Positions 37,262 through 46,433 of a stretch of DNA of 64,000 nucleotides are shown here, one piece after another (position 1 is the first letter of the stretch; every line of letters begins with the position of its first letter). The DNA is taken from positions 1-64,000 of the IMG/VR virus record IMGVR_UViG_3300008050_007680. One strand, written 5' to 3'. The notes beneath the pieces are model-generated. The model was not told where the DNA came from and did not search any database. It saw nothing but the letters and a program-made list of their open reading frames with translations. This DNA comes from an uncultured virus (IMG/VR IMGVR_UViG_3300008050_007680) (Duplodnaviria > Heunggongvirae > Uroviricota > Caudoviricetes). A program made the translations under genes and the position numbers.

Positions 37262-37911
37262 TGAATGCTTTTAATATAACAATCGCGATTTGTAATTTTA
37301 AGCAAAAAAAATGGATCCACAGATGCCTCCGCAGTTTGGCAGATCAAACAATTGGAAGCGGCAAATTCGAAATAATAGTAGTAAATGATGATCCTGATGA
37401 TGATTTAACTGCAATCATAAAATCATGGTCTGATATTATGAACATTAGGCTTTTCAATAATGATGTAAATATAGGGCTCCCAGCATCATTAAATGTAGCT
37501 TTAGAAAATTCTCGTGGTAGATATTTTTTTCGAGTTGATGCTGATGATTATATTTCTAAACATACACTATATGTCCTTTCATTATTTTTAGATATGAATA
37601 GAGACTATCAAGCTGTTGCATGTGATTATAACGAAGTAGATAATTTGGGGAAAACTTTGGCTCGTAAGCATTCTGAGGATGATCCTATAGCCTGTGGCAT
37701 AATGTTTACGTATGAATCGTTATGTGATGTTGGGTTTTATGACAAGACATACAAGATGAGAGAAGGTCATGAGTTATTAAAAAGATATGTAAAAAGGCAT
37801 AACATCTATTATATGCCGATGCCTTTTTACAGATACAGAAAACATAATGATAATAGGACAAATGATATAGCAAACGTCGCTATATACGATGAGAGATTAC
37901 AAAGGGCATGA
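37261..37911 (+). CDS. glycosyltransferase family 2
   Basis: RCLRSL..Q, VVNDD, N.GLPASLN, RVDADD. Confidence 0.92.
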   Translation: MNAFNITIAICNFKQKKWIHRCLRSLADQTIGSGKFEIIVVNDDPDDDLTAIIKSWSDIMNIRLFNNDVNIGLPASLNVALENSRGRYFFRVDADDYISKHTLYVLSLFLDMNRDYQAVACDYNEVDNLGKTLARKHSEDDPIACGIMFTYESLCDVGFYDKTYKMREGHELLKRYVKRHNIYYMPMPFYRYRKHNDNRTNDIANVAIYDERLQRA

Positions 37912-38597
37912 TTGACGAAAAAACTAAAGTAGTAATTATTGGCGGTGCACCAACTGTAAAAGACGTCAAGCTTGGTTCACTTGTTGACGCTTTTGATTTA
38001 GTTGTCCGATGTAACAATTACACCACATCAGGATTTGAGCAATACGTTGGAAGCAAAACTGACATTTGGGCAATTAATACATCACGCAGCACAAAACGCC
38101 GTGATTGTCGGGTGTATAAAGAGGTATGGCACAAAAATCAGCCAGCACATAAACTTGCTGCAAAAATGCACCAGCCCAAATCAGTAATCAGGATGCTTGA
38201 TCCAGATCAATGGGACGAAAGATTTGCAACTATGAATGAACCCAACCCATCTATAGGTTTTAGAGCCATTGCTCATGCGCTGCACTACTATAAAGATGTT
38301 ACTGCTTTTGGTTTTACATTTTTTACAGATACAGATGATGGATTTTATAAACATTATTATGAAGATGTAGCGCTGAAAGAATATTACAAGAAATTTTTTA
38401 TAAAGGGTAATTGGGCAAAGGACGAAGAAGAGCGTGAGATATTCAAGCAAGCATTAGCTGACAATAAGAATGTTGTCAGAGGTGATCATCATAAGGGTGC
38501 ACTTGAAAAAGAGCATGCTAATAAGCTATATAATGAAGGCACATTAAAATTGTTATACCCTTTCGAAATAACAGACGGCAAGAGTGATGTCATATAA
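37908..38597 (+). CDS. GT29-type sialyltransferase
   Basis: Sialylmotif L (VVIIGGA..GSLVDAFDLVVRCN..GFEQYVGSKT), S (PSIG..A..V.AFGF), motif III (HYYE), VS (H....E). Confidence 0.85.
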   Translation: MIDEKTKVVIIGGAPTVKDVKLGSLVDAFDLVVRCNNYTTSGFEQYVGSKTDIWAINTSRSTKRRDCRVYKEVWHKNQPAHKLAAKMHQPKSVIRMLDPDQWDERFATMNEPNPSIGFRAIAHALHYYKDVTAFGFTFFTDTDDGFYKHYYEDVALKEYYKKFFIKGNWAKDEEEREIFKQALADNKNVVRGDHHKGALEKEHANKLYNEGTLKLLYPFEITDGKSDVI

Positions 38598-39375
38598 ATT
38601 ATTACAGAATGTGACAAAGGACGATCTGAGGCTGGATCCGTATCCCCATGTTGTTATTAAAAATGCATTGCCATCCGCAGAATGTGACAAGCTAGTTGAC
38701 GAGTTTCCCGCAGATCACACTATCGCAAAGAGCGCAAACTTGGGTAGCAATCAGCGTTTCAATTATTCATCATTTGATATATTGAATGATTCCCAGATTA
38801 ATGAACACTGGAAGAAGTACGTTCAAGCAAACACGGGCAAAGATTTTTTTGAAGACTTTGTTGACATTTTTGGTGATGCATTAAAAGTGGAATACCCAGC
38901 ATTCTACAAGAAGTACATTTTAAACAATGCATTCAAAACAGGCATTTGGGGCGCTAATACACAGCATGATGGTGGGATCAACGTAGCTGCAGATATTAAC
39001 AGTCCCGTATTAAAAACCTCTTCAGTACAAAGAGGCCCTCATTTAGATCAACCTAATAAATTGATTTTCGGGTTGCTATATCTAAGGCCTCCCGAAGATA
39101 CCACACCTGGTGGCGATTTAGAAATTTATAAGCTAAAAAATAAGAAGAGTTTTAAATTTGAGAGAAATGGCAGGCACATAGATGCAAAATATATAGAGCT
39201 TGTTGATACTGTTAAATACGAAAAAAACACTCTTGTCTTAGGTCTAAATACATTACGGAGTATTCATGGCTTAACTCCTAGAGAGCCTACAAAGGTATCA
39301 AGAAGGTTTTCGAATTTCTTTATTGAGCTAAAGAAGCCACTATTTGATCCTAAGGAGACGTCATGGGACGATTAG
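38584..39375 (+). CDS. 2OG-Fe(II) oxygenase
   Basis: PYPHVVI.NAL, HLD..K, GGDL, SIHG, RR. Confidence 0.85.
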   Translation: MMSYKLLQNVTKDDLRLDPYPHVVIKNALPSAECDKLVDEFPADHTIAKSANLGSNQRFNYSSFDILNDSQINEHWKKYVQANTGKDFFEDFVDIFGDALKVEYPAFYKKYILNNAFKTGIWGANTQHDGGINVAADINSPVLKTSSVQRGPHLDQPNKLIFGLLYLRPPEDTTPGGDLEIYKLKNKKSFKFERNGRHIDAKYIELVDTVKYEKNTLVLGLNTLRSIHGLTPREPTKVSRRFSNFFIELKKPLFDPKETSWDD

Positions 39376-41117
39376 CACAACTCGGATTAAAAATTTTAGA
39401 TTGCACATTGAGAGATGGTGGATACTACACTGGTTGGAATTTCGATAGAGATATAACAGAGCGGCTAGTAACGTCACTTGACGAAGCAAAAGTAGATATT
39501 ATAGAACTTGGATATAAGTCAAGATTAGAAGGCGGTATCTTTAGAAGGTGCGAAGAAAAAGATTTAGCTTATCTACCGAAACTTGAACACTCAAAGTATT
39601 GCTTCATGATTGATTTAAAAGATTTCTCTTCTTATCATGAAATAACACAAATTGATGCTCTTGTACCCGACGAAAAATGCTCAATATTCAGTTGGTGTAG
39701 GGTAGCCACAAGATATAAGGACATCGAGACGGCTGCTAAAGTTTGCTTTTTACTAAAGAGAAAAGGGTATAACGTTGCATTAAATGTGATGTGTATATCA
39801 CAGTTGACTAGTAAGGAGTTACGTGTTGTTCAAGACGCATTTTCATGTCGAAGTTATGCTGACGTACTATATCTAGCTGACTCATATGGGTCATTAAGCA
39901 CAGCCGGTTTAACAGAGATTATGAATGATTTTGGTAAGTATAGTCCCATGGGTTTGCACTTACATGATAATTTAGGCACATCATTGGCAACAGCGATACA
40001 GTCTTTGAGTACACCTAATATCAGATATATAGATGGCACGATTGCAGGGATGGGGCGCGGCGTAGGAAATTTACGTTTAGAGCAATTCCTACCACTAGTA
40101 AAAAGTTTAAGACCTGATACTGACATAGCATATTTGGAACATACGATTCATGATTTTGAGTCGCTAAAACAAAAATACGACTGGGGATGGAGCCAAGCAT
40201 ACCAACTGTCAGGCTTAAATGACATCCACCCATTTTATTGTATGAAGTTAAAGCAACGGGGTTTTGACGATTTTACGTCATGCAAAATTTTAAGCAGGGT
40301 TGATGAAAGAAAAGTATCATTCGATCCAGCATATTTGCAAGAATTAATTGACTGCAATAATAAGAAGGAAGTTGCTGTTATCATTCCTGCAAGATTTGAG
40401 TCAACAAGATTTCCAGGAAAGCCACTCGTTAAGATTAACGGCACGCGAATGATAATCAGGGTTGCTGAGCTTGTTTCTAAGGCAGTGGGCAAAGAAAATG
40501 TTTATATCGCTACAGACTCAGAAGAAATTAGGGAACATGTCGAAGAAAGAAAATTTAATGTGATTTTGACGAGTAAGAATTGTATGACAGGAACGGATAG
40601 GGTTGCAGAAGCTGCGAAGAAAATAAACGCTAGCACTATCATAAGTGTACAAGGCGATGAACCGCTGTTAGAACCTGGGCTGATAACTAGGGTGTTGGCT
40701 GCTAAGACACAATTTCCTGGACATGTAATTAATTGCGCATCTAAACTAGATCCAAACAATCAAACGCCTTCAGACCCCAAGATGCCCAAGATGGTTTTAA
40801 ATAACGAAAATGAATTGCTCTATGCATCACGTTCTCCAATCCCAGGAAACAAAAAGGGTATAATAAATGATAACGTTGGTACTTTGCTAACGATGAAACA
40901 AGTGTGTGTATACGCTTTCACTAATATACAACTTGAGCGGTATGCAAGTATTATGTCAAAAACACGCCTTGAAGCACAGGAAGATATAGAAATATTACGT
41001 TTTCTTGAATTAGGCATACCAGTTAAAGTTGTTATTGAAGAAAATGTTTTTACGCATGCTGTTGATTATCCAGAAGACATTCCAATTGTCGAAGGTATTT
41101 TAAATGCTAGATTATGA
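39363..41117 (+). CDS. fusion of an HMGL-like (DRE-TIM) pyruvate aldolase and a KdsB-type CMP-ulosonate synthetase
   Basis: LDCTLRDGGY, LADSYG, GLHLHDN, GMGRGVGN; from about 40371 IIPARFESTRFPGKPL, TGTDR, QGDEP, E.IEILRFLE, VDYPED. Confidence 0.9.
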   Translation: MGRLAQLGLKILDCTLRDGGYYTGWNFDRDITERLVTSLDEAKVDIIELGYKSRLEGGIFRRCEEKDLAYLPKLEHSKYCFMIDLKDFSSYHEITQIDALVPDEKCSIFSWCRVATRYKDIETAAKVCFLLKRKGYNVALNVMCISQLTSKELRVVQDAFSCRSYADVLYLADSYGSLSTAGLTEIMNDFGKYSPMGLHLHDNLGTSLATAIQSLSTPNIRYIDGTIAGMGRGVGNLRLEQFLPLVKSLRPDTDIAYLEHTIHDFESLKQKYDWGWSQAYQLSGLNDIHPFYCMKLKQRGFDDFTSCKILSRVDERKVSFDPAYLQELIDCNNKKEVAVIIPARFESTRFPGKPLVKINGTRMIIRVAELVSKAVGKENVYIATDSEEIREHVEERKFNVILTSKNCMTGTDRVAEAAKKINASTIISVQGDEPLLEPGLITRVLAAKTQFPGHVINCASKLDPNNQTPSDPKMPKMVLNNENELLYASRSPIPGNKKGIINDNVGTLLTMKQVCVYAFTNIQLERYASIMSKTRLEAQEDIEILRFLELGIPVKVVIEENVFTHAVDYPEDIPIVEGILNARL

Positions 41118-41736
41118 TTTGTACATTTTTGATTTTGATGGTACAATTTTTGACACAAATAAGATCAAAAATGACGCTTTTGAGTGTGTTATAAAAGAAG
41201 TATGTCCACAAAGATACTTGCGCCGCTACATGAAGAAGTTAAATACATATAATGAAATGACTCGACGTATAAAATTTGATGTATTAGCTGATGTCATTGA
41301 ACCAGAATGTAGATATACTTTTGTAGAAAAATGCATTAAAAAATATGAAAGTATAATAAGCGAAAGTTTTATGAATGCAGAATTTATACCTGGCGCAGCC
41401 AATTTTTTGAAGAAAATAAAAGGAAAGCGGAAATTCATTGTGTCTGGAGGCAAAGAGTCTGAGATAGCTGCATTACTCAAGAAGCATAGTCTGCTTGGCG
41501 AGTTTGAAGCAATTTATGACGGCGAAAAATCGAAGTTTGATCATTTTTTTATGATTAAACACAAGTCTCCGGGCGCTAAAAGGTTATCAATCGGCGATTC
41601 TAAACTAGATTATTCATCATCTATTGATCACGTTAATAATTTTGTTTTTGTTCAATGTGCCTCTCAAGAAGAAAATACGTCATGGTTTAGAGATAATAAC
41701 GCAATTTTGATAAATGACTTTAGGGAACTGATATGA
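41104..41736 (+). CDS. HAD-family phosphatase
   Basis: FDFDGT, VSG, K, IGDSKLD. Confidence 0.9.
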   Translation: MLDYDLYIFDFDGTIFDTNKIKNDAFECVIKEVCPQRYLRRYMKKLNTYNEMTRRIKFDVLADVIEPECRYTFVEKCIKKYESIISESFMNAEFIPGAANFLKKIKGKRKFIVSGGKESEIAALLKKHSLLGEFEAIYDGEKSKFDHFFMIKHKSPGAKRLSIGDSKLDYSSSIDHVNNFVFVQCASQEENTSWFRDNNAILINDFRELI

Positions 41737-42493
41737 GAAGATACGAAATCGAGTCTGATCTACAGGTAGCTGGACAAGCAAAAAAGCATAGTCTTCCTAG
41801 GCGTCGTGCCATGACAAAAAAGCGTGCACCAAAGCGAGAAAAAGAGATTGACTTAATGATTTCGTCATTACCAAAGTTTGAATCTGTTTTATGCGTAGGG
41901 TGTAGAGATGATTCTGAGGTCCAGAGCTTTATTGATAGGGGCTTCGTTGCTTCTGGGCTTGACATTTCTAATAAATCACCTCTGATATTGCAAGGCGATG
42001 CTCATCTCTTGACAGACATTTACGAAGAAGACAGCTTTGATGTTATATATTGTGTCGATGCAATCGAGCATATGCATGATACAGAGCTTGTGTTGAAGAA
42101 CTTTAGGAAAGTTGCTAAGCTTGGTGTTTTTCTTGATCTGCCTGTGTATCCAGGATTGGCAGAGTTAGATGAAAATCATTGTTCGATCTTTCATCTAATG
42201 GACACAAATAACGCAAAAAGATTCGAAGATTCGAAGAGACGCCAGAATTCCTAAAAGACTTCAGCACTCTAGAACCATTTAAGTTGGTAAATTATGAATA
42301 TGATGCGGGTGCGCATCACACAACACATAGAGGTGTTGGATTATTTCAAATGATATTTTCATTTGAGGAGAAATTAATGACACGAAATATTAAGGCAAAG
42401 TTTGTATTGGGTGATAACCACCTTGACGTTTATGATGAAAAGCATGAAATGCTCGCAGAGGTTCTTAAAGAAATGAGTAAGGAGAAAAAGTAA
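41733..42493 (+). pseudogene. class I methyltransferase apparently frameshifted by an 8-bp duplication
   Basis: LCVGCR, GLDI, GDAH, FDVIY..IEH; GATTCGAA duplicated at 42220-42235; removing one copy joins ORF 41733 to ORF 42284 with no stop. Confidence 0.6.
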
Positions 42494-42494
42494 G

Positions 42495-42911
42495 ATGGTA
42501 AAATATTATTGGTCAAGTACCCCTGGGCAGTTTGTTAATAAACTGACAGGTATACGAACAGCACCAGTCAGTCCAGCTCGAGGACCAAGCTGGACTGGTA
42601 AACCAGAACACTGGTTATCAACATTACAAGAAATTATTTACGATGTACAGAGGCAACTCACTAAAAATTTTGCGCAGGGTACGATCTATGCTTCGCCAGC
42701 TGTTTTAAAGATTTTTAAGAACTGCAGTCAGTATACATCTGCTGGTTCTGGCCAGCTATCTACGGGGGTTATTGCTGGGAAGTTTTCATTCGATGATAGT
42801 AGTTTAGATGTATTGTGTTCTACTCAGAATGGAGCAATAGTCGAATTGAACGTAAATGATGAATTTGGAACACTGCAAACAGGCACAGTAGAAGTTTTAG
42901 ATTTAAAATAG
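42495..42911 (+). CDS. stand-alone fragment resembling an internal region of a gp23-like major capsid protein
   Basis: YYWS..PGQFVN..TG, P.WTG...W..TL.E.I.DV..Q, SP.V..I pattern (recalled, unverified). Confidence 0.55.
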   Translation: MVKYYWSSTPGQFVNKLTGIRTAPVSPARGPSWTGKPEHWLSTLQEIIYDVQRQLTKNFAQGTIYASPAVLKIFKNCSQYTSAGSGQLSTGVIAGKFSFDDSSLDVLCSTQNGAIVELNVNDEFGTLQTGTVEVLDLK

Positions 42912-42977
42912 TGTAAGCATGAATTCATAAATCACTAAATTTAAACTTAAAACACACGCTGACATATAATAATTTAT

Positions 42978-43865
42978 ATGTCAGCGATTATTGATCCCAG
43001 TACAGGTTTACCAGTAGACTTTAAATCCACAGAGGTAGATTGGCCTACTGGTAAACCCCACGTCTCGTATTCTGAGCTCGCCAACTGGCTTGAGTGTAGT
43101 TGGAGGCACAAACTCTTATATATCGAAAAGCTTGGTACATTTTCAACTACACCCCATGTTGGGTTAGGGACTGCATGTCATAATGCAAATGAATATTTCA
43201 TCTCTAAAGGAACAATGAATAAACAGATAGCATTTGACTTTATTCGTAAAGACTGGAAAGATAATCATGAAGCATTTATGAATGGGCCCTTTCCTGATTG
43301 GTCTCCAGGGGGATATGGTAATGTAGATGATTGGCTCAAAAAAGCAGACAATATCCTTAACAGCATTCCAAAATTCCTAAATAAAGAATTTCCTGGTTGG
43401 GAGTGCTTTGGTGCTGAAGAAAGGTTATACGAACCCATCGAAGGATTACCTATATCATTGAAAGGTTTTATTGATGCAGTCTTTAAGGTCATGAAGAAGA
43501 ATGGTAAGGTAATTTACTGGATTATTGACTGGAAAACATGCGGTTGGGGATGGACACGTCATAAAAAGCAAGATTTTAAAGTACAGCTGCAATTGATTTT
43601 GTATAAGAGCTTTTGGGCAAAAAAGCATAATATTCCTCTAAAAGATATTAGGTGTGCTTTTGCTTTGCTTAAGAGAGATGCAAAGATAGGATCACCGGCA
43701 GTGCAATTAGTGCCAGTTTCAGTAGGTCCAAAAGCTGAAGCTAAAGGATTAAATATTATTAAGAATCATGCGAAGGCTGTTAAGAAAGGGTTCTTTTTGA
43801 AAAATAGGGATTCATGCAGGTTTTGTGATTTTGAAAATACGGAGCATTGCAAAAATAGCATGTGA
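42978..43865 (+). CDS. PD-(D/E)XK nuclease, Cas4/AddB-like
   Basis: SYSEL..W.EC, GFID, IDWKT, QL..Y, CRFC......C. Confidence 0.9.
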   Translation: MSAIIDPSTGLPVDFKSTEVDWPTGKPHVSYSELANWLECSWRHKLLYIEKLGTFSTTPHVGLGTACHNANEYFISKGTMNKQIAFDFIRKDWKDNHEAFMNGPFPDWSPGGYGNVDDWLKKADNILNSIPKFLNKEFPGWECFGAEERLYEPIEGLPISLKGFIDAVFKVMKKNGKVIYWIIDWKTCGWGWTRHKKQDFKVQLQLILYKSFWAKKHNIPLKDIRCAFALLKRDAKIGSPAVQLVPVSVGPKAEAKGLNIIKNHAKAVKKGFFLKNRDSCRFCDFENTEHCKNSM

Positions 43866-43882
43866 TATAATAGTTAGTATTA

Positions 43883-44560
43883 ATGTTATTACAAGAATTT
43901 ATTAGAGTATTTCTTAAAGAAGATGCCGCCGAACCAGAGTGGGAAAAGCATGCCTTAGGTCAAGAAAGGGGCACTGGTGAATTAGATGTACCATCAGAGA
44001 GAAGGGCATCACATCAGCTGGAGCGTTACGTAGATGGAGGCGGGGGCATATCAAAAGAGACAATAGCTTTAATACGTGATATGGCTGATGATTATCCTAA
44101 TGTTCTCAAGCCGGCACAAGAGTTTAAAACTGCATACCGAGTAATACTTATTACGAAATTGGAAGAATTAGAAAAGCTTAAGCTCCACGCCGGCCACCAA
44201 ACGTTTAACTATAAAGCAGGTGGCGGCGGCGGAATGTCACAAACGGAAGATGTTTCATCTTGGACTACATCATATAAAAAAATTGGTGATCTTGCAATGC
44301 TGCATAGCAATTTTCATTCGGAATACTATAATCCATCTGGGTATAAAGACGAAGATGAGTGGGATTACCCTGCTTGGGTGGTAGTGTTTTCTGCGCCAAT
44401 ACAAAATAACGGATTTTATTTAAATTGGAAAGAGGTTCCGATGCTATTCGATATTGGCCAAGATGAAGTATTATTATTCGGCGATGTTAGATGCACTGCA
44501 AATGTTACTCAAGTCGACAGCCAAAACGAGCTATATCAATTTAGTGATACATTTTGTTAA
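43883..44560 (+). CDS. putative R-S-E type ADP-ribosyltransferase
   Basis: AYR, SSWTTS and QDEVLL in the canonical order; N-terminal LLQE..LKE. Confidence 0.6.
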   Translation: MLLQEFIRVFLKEDAAEPEWEKHALGQERGTGELDVPSERRASHQLERYVDGGGGISKETIALIRDMADDYPNVLKPAQEFKTAYRVILITKLEELEKLKLHAGHQTFNYKAGGGGGMSQTEDVSSWTTSYKKIGDLAMLHSNFHSEYYNPSGYKDEDEWDYPAWVVVFSAPIQNNGFYLNWKEVPMLFDIGQDEVLLFGDVRCTANVTQVDSQNELYQFSDTFC

Positions 44561-44579
44561 CTTTATGCTAATATGAACT

Positions 44580-45125
44580 ATGATATCAATTTGTTATTAC
44601 TGTGAAAAAGAACCTACTATCATAGATTTTGGATCAGGTAAACACATACTACCCTGCAGAGCATGTCACTCATCGCCCCCAATCCCAGAAGGATATTATA
44701 GACTTAACAGTGGAGAAGAAGTTCTTCCAGGTGATGAAAGATGGGATAATGAATCAGGCGAGACTGCTGAGTGGCGTGACATTGGGGCACATGATATGGC
44801 ATATACGGACTACAGGTGGTATGTCGATGATGATGAAATTATAATTCGCTTTGGAAGTAAACAACAAAACAAAGCAAGTTATAATCCTAACATGAATGAA
44901 TTTGAAAATGAGTCTAATGAAGATATAAGCAAGGTTGTTGTCGTAAAAGTTGACGTGTCATGTATAGCAACTGAGCTTATCACCGATTTCATGAAAGACT
45001 ACCAGGAAAGAATATTTTCGCAGGCTTTAAAAGACCTTGGGTACCTTTACATTTTTTTGCCTGTTAAAGTGCCTACGACAATAACGTTTATTGATCTTGA
45101 GACGATGGAATCTGCTACAGCTTAA
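44580..45125 (+). CDS. hypothetical protein with N-terminal CxxC pair
   Basis: CYYC...CRAC; PEGYYRL..GE....GD. Confidence 0.6.
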   Translation: MISICYYCEKEPTIIDFGSGKHILPCRACHSSPPIPEGYYRLNSGEEVLPGDERWDNESGETAEWRDIGAHDMAYTDYRWYVDDDEIIIRFGSKQQNKASYNPNMNEFENESNEDISKVVVVKVDVSCIATELITDFMKDYQERIFSQALKDLGYLYIFLPVKVPTTITFIDLETMESATA

Positions 45126-45167
45126 TTTAAATACAAGCACTACATATACAGTTATAATCAATAACAA

Positions 45168-46433
45168 ATGAACACTAGAAAAAAGAAAAAGGTTTTAGTG
45201 CTGTCGGACCACCCGTTATCTACCTCGGGCGTCGGCGTGCAATCTCGCTACCTGATCAATGGTCTTTTAGAAACTGGCGAATATTCATTTAGGTGTTTCG
45301 GCGCTGCTGTCAAACATTCAAATTATGACGTAGTAAAGGTAAGCGATGATTTTATTATCAAACCGATCGACGGCTTTGGTAATAGGGATATGCTTAGATT
45401 AGCTCTAGCGACTGAGAAGCCTGATGTATTATTCTTATTTACAGATCCTAGATTCTTTATTTGGGTCTGGGAGATGGAAGAAGAAATTCATCAAATTTGC
45501 CCAATAGCTTATTGGCATGTTTGGGATAACGGCCCATGGCCAGCGTATAATAAGGTACTGTATGAGTCTACCGACTTAGTAAATTGCCATTCACATTTGA
45601 CATATAATATGGTAAAAGAGCATTTCCCAAAAAAGACAAACTTTATACCACATGCTCTTCCGAAAGAGTTATTCAACGTATTACCCGCTGGCGTAATCAG
45701 GGAAAACAAGATTAACCTGTTGGGAAAGAAAAATGCTGATGCATTTACTGTATTATGGGTAAACAGGAACGCGAAGAGGAAGCGGCCAAATGATGTTTTA
45801 GTCTCATGGAAGCTTTTTCTTGATAAACTAGAGCTAAAGCATGGTCACAGGAATGCAACAATGGTGATGCATACCGACCCACTGGATGACCAAGGCTCAA
45901 ATTTGCTAAAGACGTCAGAGATGCTTGATATAAATGAAAGTGTGTTTTTTTCTAAAGAGAGACTATCTTTCGAGCAAATGAATATATTACATAATATATC
46001 TGACTGTTGTCTTAATATTTCATCTGCTGAAGGTTTTGGGCTATCTACATTGGAATCTATGCAATGTGGTAAGCCCATTATTGCTGTAAAAACAGGCGGT
46101 CTAACTAGGCAGGTTGTTGATTATCGAGATGATACTGAGAATGGTATTGCACTTGATGTAACTCAACGTTCTTTGGTCGGATCACAGATGGTTCCGTACA
46201 TTTACGAAGATTATTGCACAAATGAAGCTGTTTCTGACGCATTGCTAGAAATGTACGAAAAGGGCCCTGATGAGCGAGAACGCCTGGGCAAGAAAGCAAG
46301 AAAGTATGTACACTCAGAGTTTGATTTGAAGACGACGGTTTCTGACTGGCATAAAACACTTAGCGCAACAATCGATAAATGGGAAAATAACAGGGAAGAA
46401 ATTTACTCTCCATGGGAGCATAAGGTTTTATGA
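45168..46433 (+). CDS. glycosyltransferase family 4
   Basis: SGVG, NRNAKRKR, EGFGLSTLESMQCGKP, TGGL. Confidence 0.92.
   Translation: MNTRKKKKVLVLSDHPLSTSGVGVQSRYLINGLLETGEYSFRCFGAAVKHSNYDVVKVSDDFIIKPIDGFGNRDMLRLALATEKPDVLFLFTDPRFFIWVWEMEEEIHQICPIAYWHVWDNGPWPAYNKVLYESTDLVNCHSHLTYNMVKEHFPKKTNFIPHALPKELFNVLPAGVIRENKINLLGKKNADAFTVLWVNRNAKRKRPNDVLVSWKLFLDKLELKHGHRNATMVMHTDPLDDQGSNLLKTSEMLDINESVFFSKERLSFEQMNILHNISDCCLNISSAEGFGLSTLESMQCGKPIIAVKTGGLTRQVVDYRDDTENGIALDVTQRSLVGSQMVPYIYEDYCTNEAVSDALLEMYEKGPDERERLGKKARKYVHSEFDLKTTVSDWHKTLSATIDKWENNREEIYSPWEHKVL

Noticed and set aside
38584..39375. TET/JBP-type DNA hypermodification oxygenase
   Set aside because: Motifs look like the prolyl-hydroxylase-like 2OG family and no base-modification genes are adjacent; not fully excluded
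19431..42493. Bacterial chromosomal capsule or O-antigen locus
   Set aside because: No recognisable export, polymerase or initiating transferase genes; interleaved with phage-type small ORFs and contiguous with baseplate genes
42978..43865. Cas4-like nuclease as part of a CRISPR-Cas system
   Set aside because: No array or other cas genes seen; solo Cas4-like nucleases are common in phages
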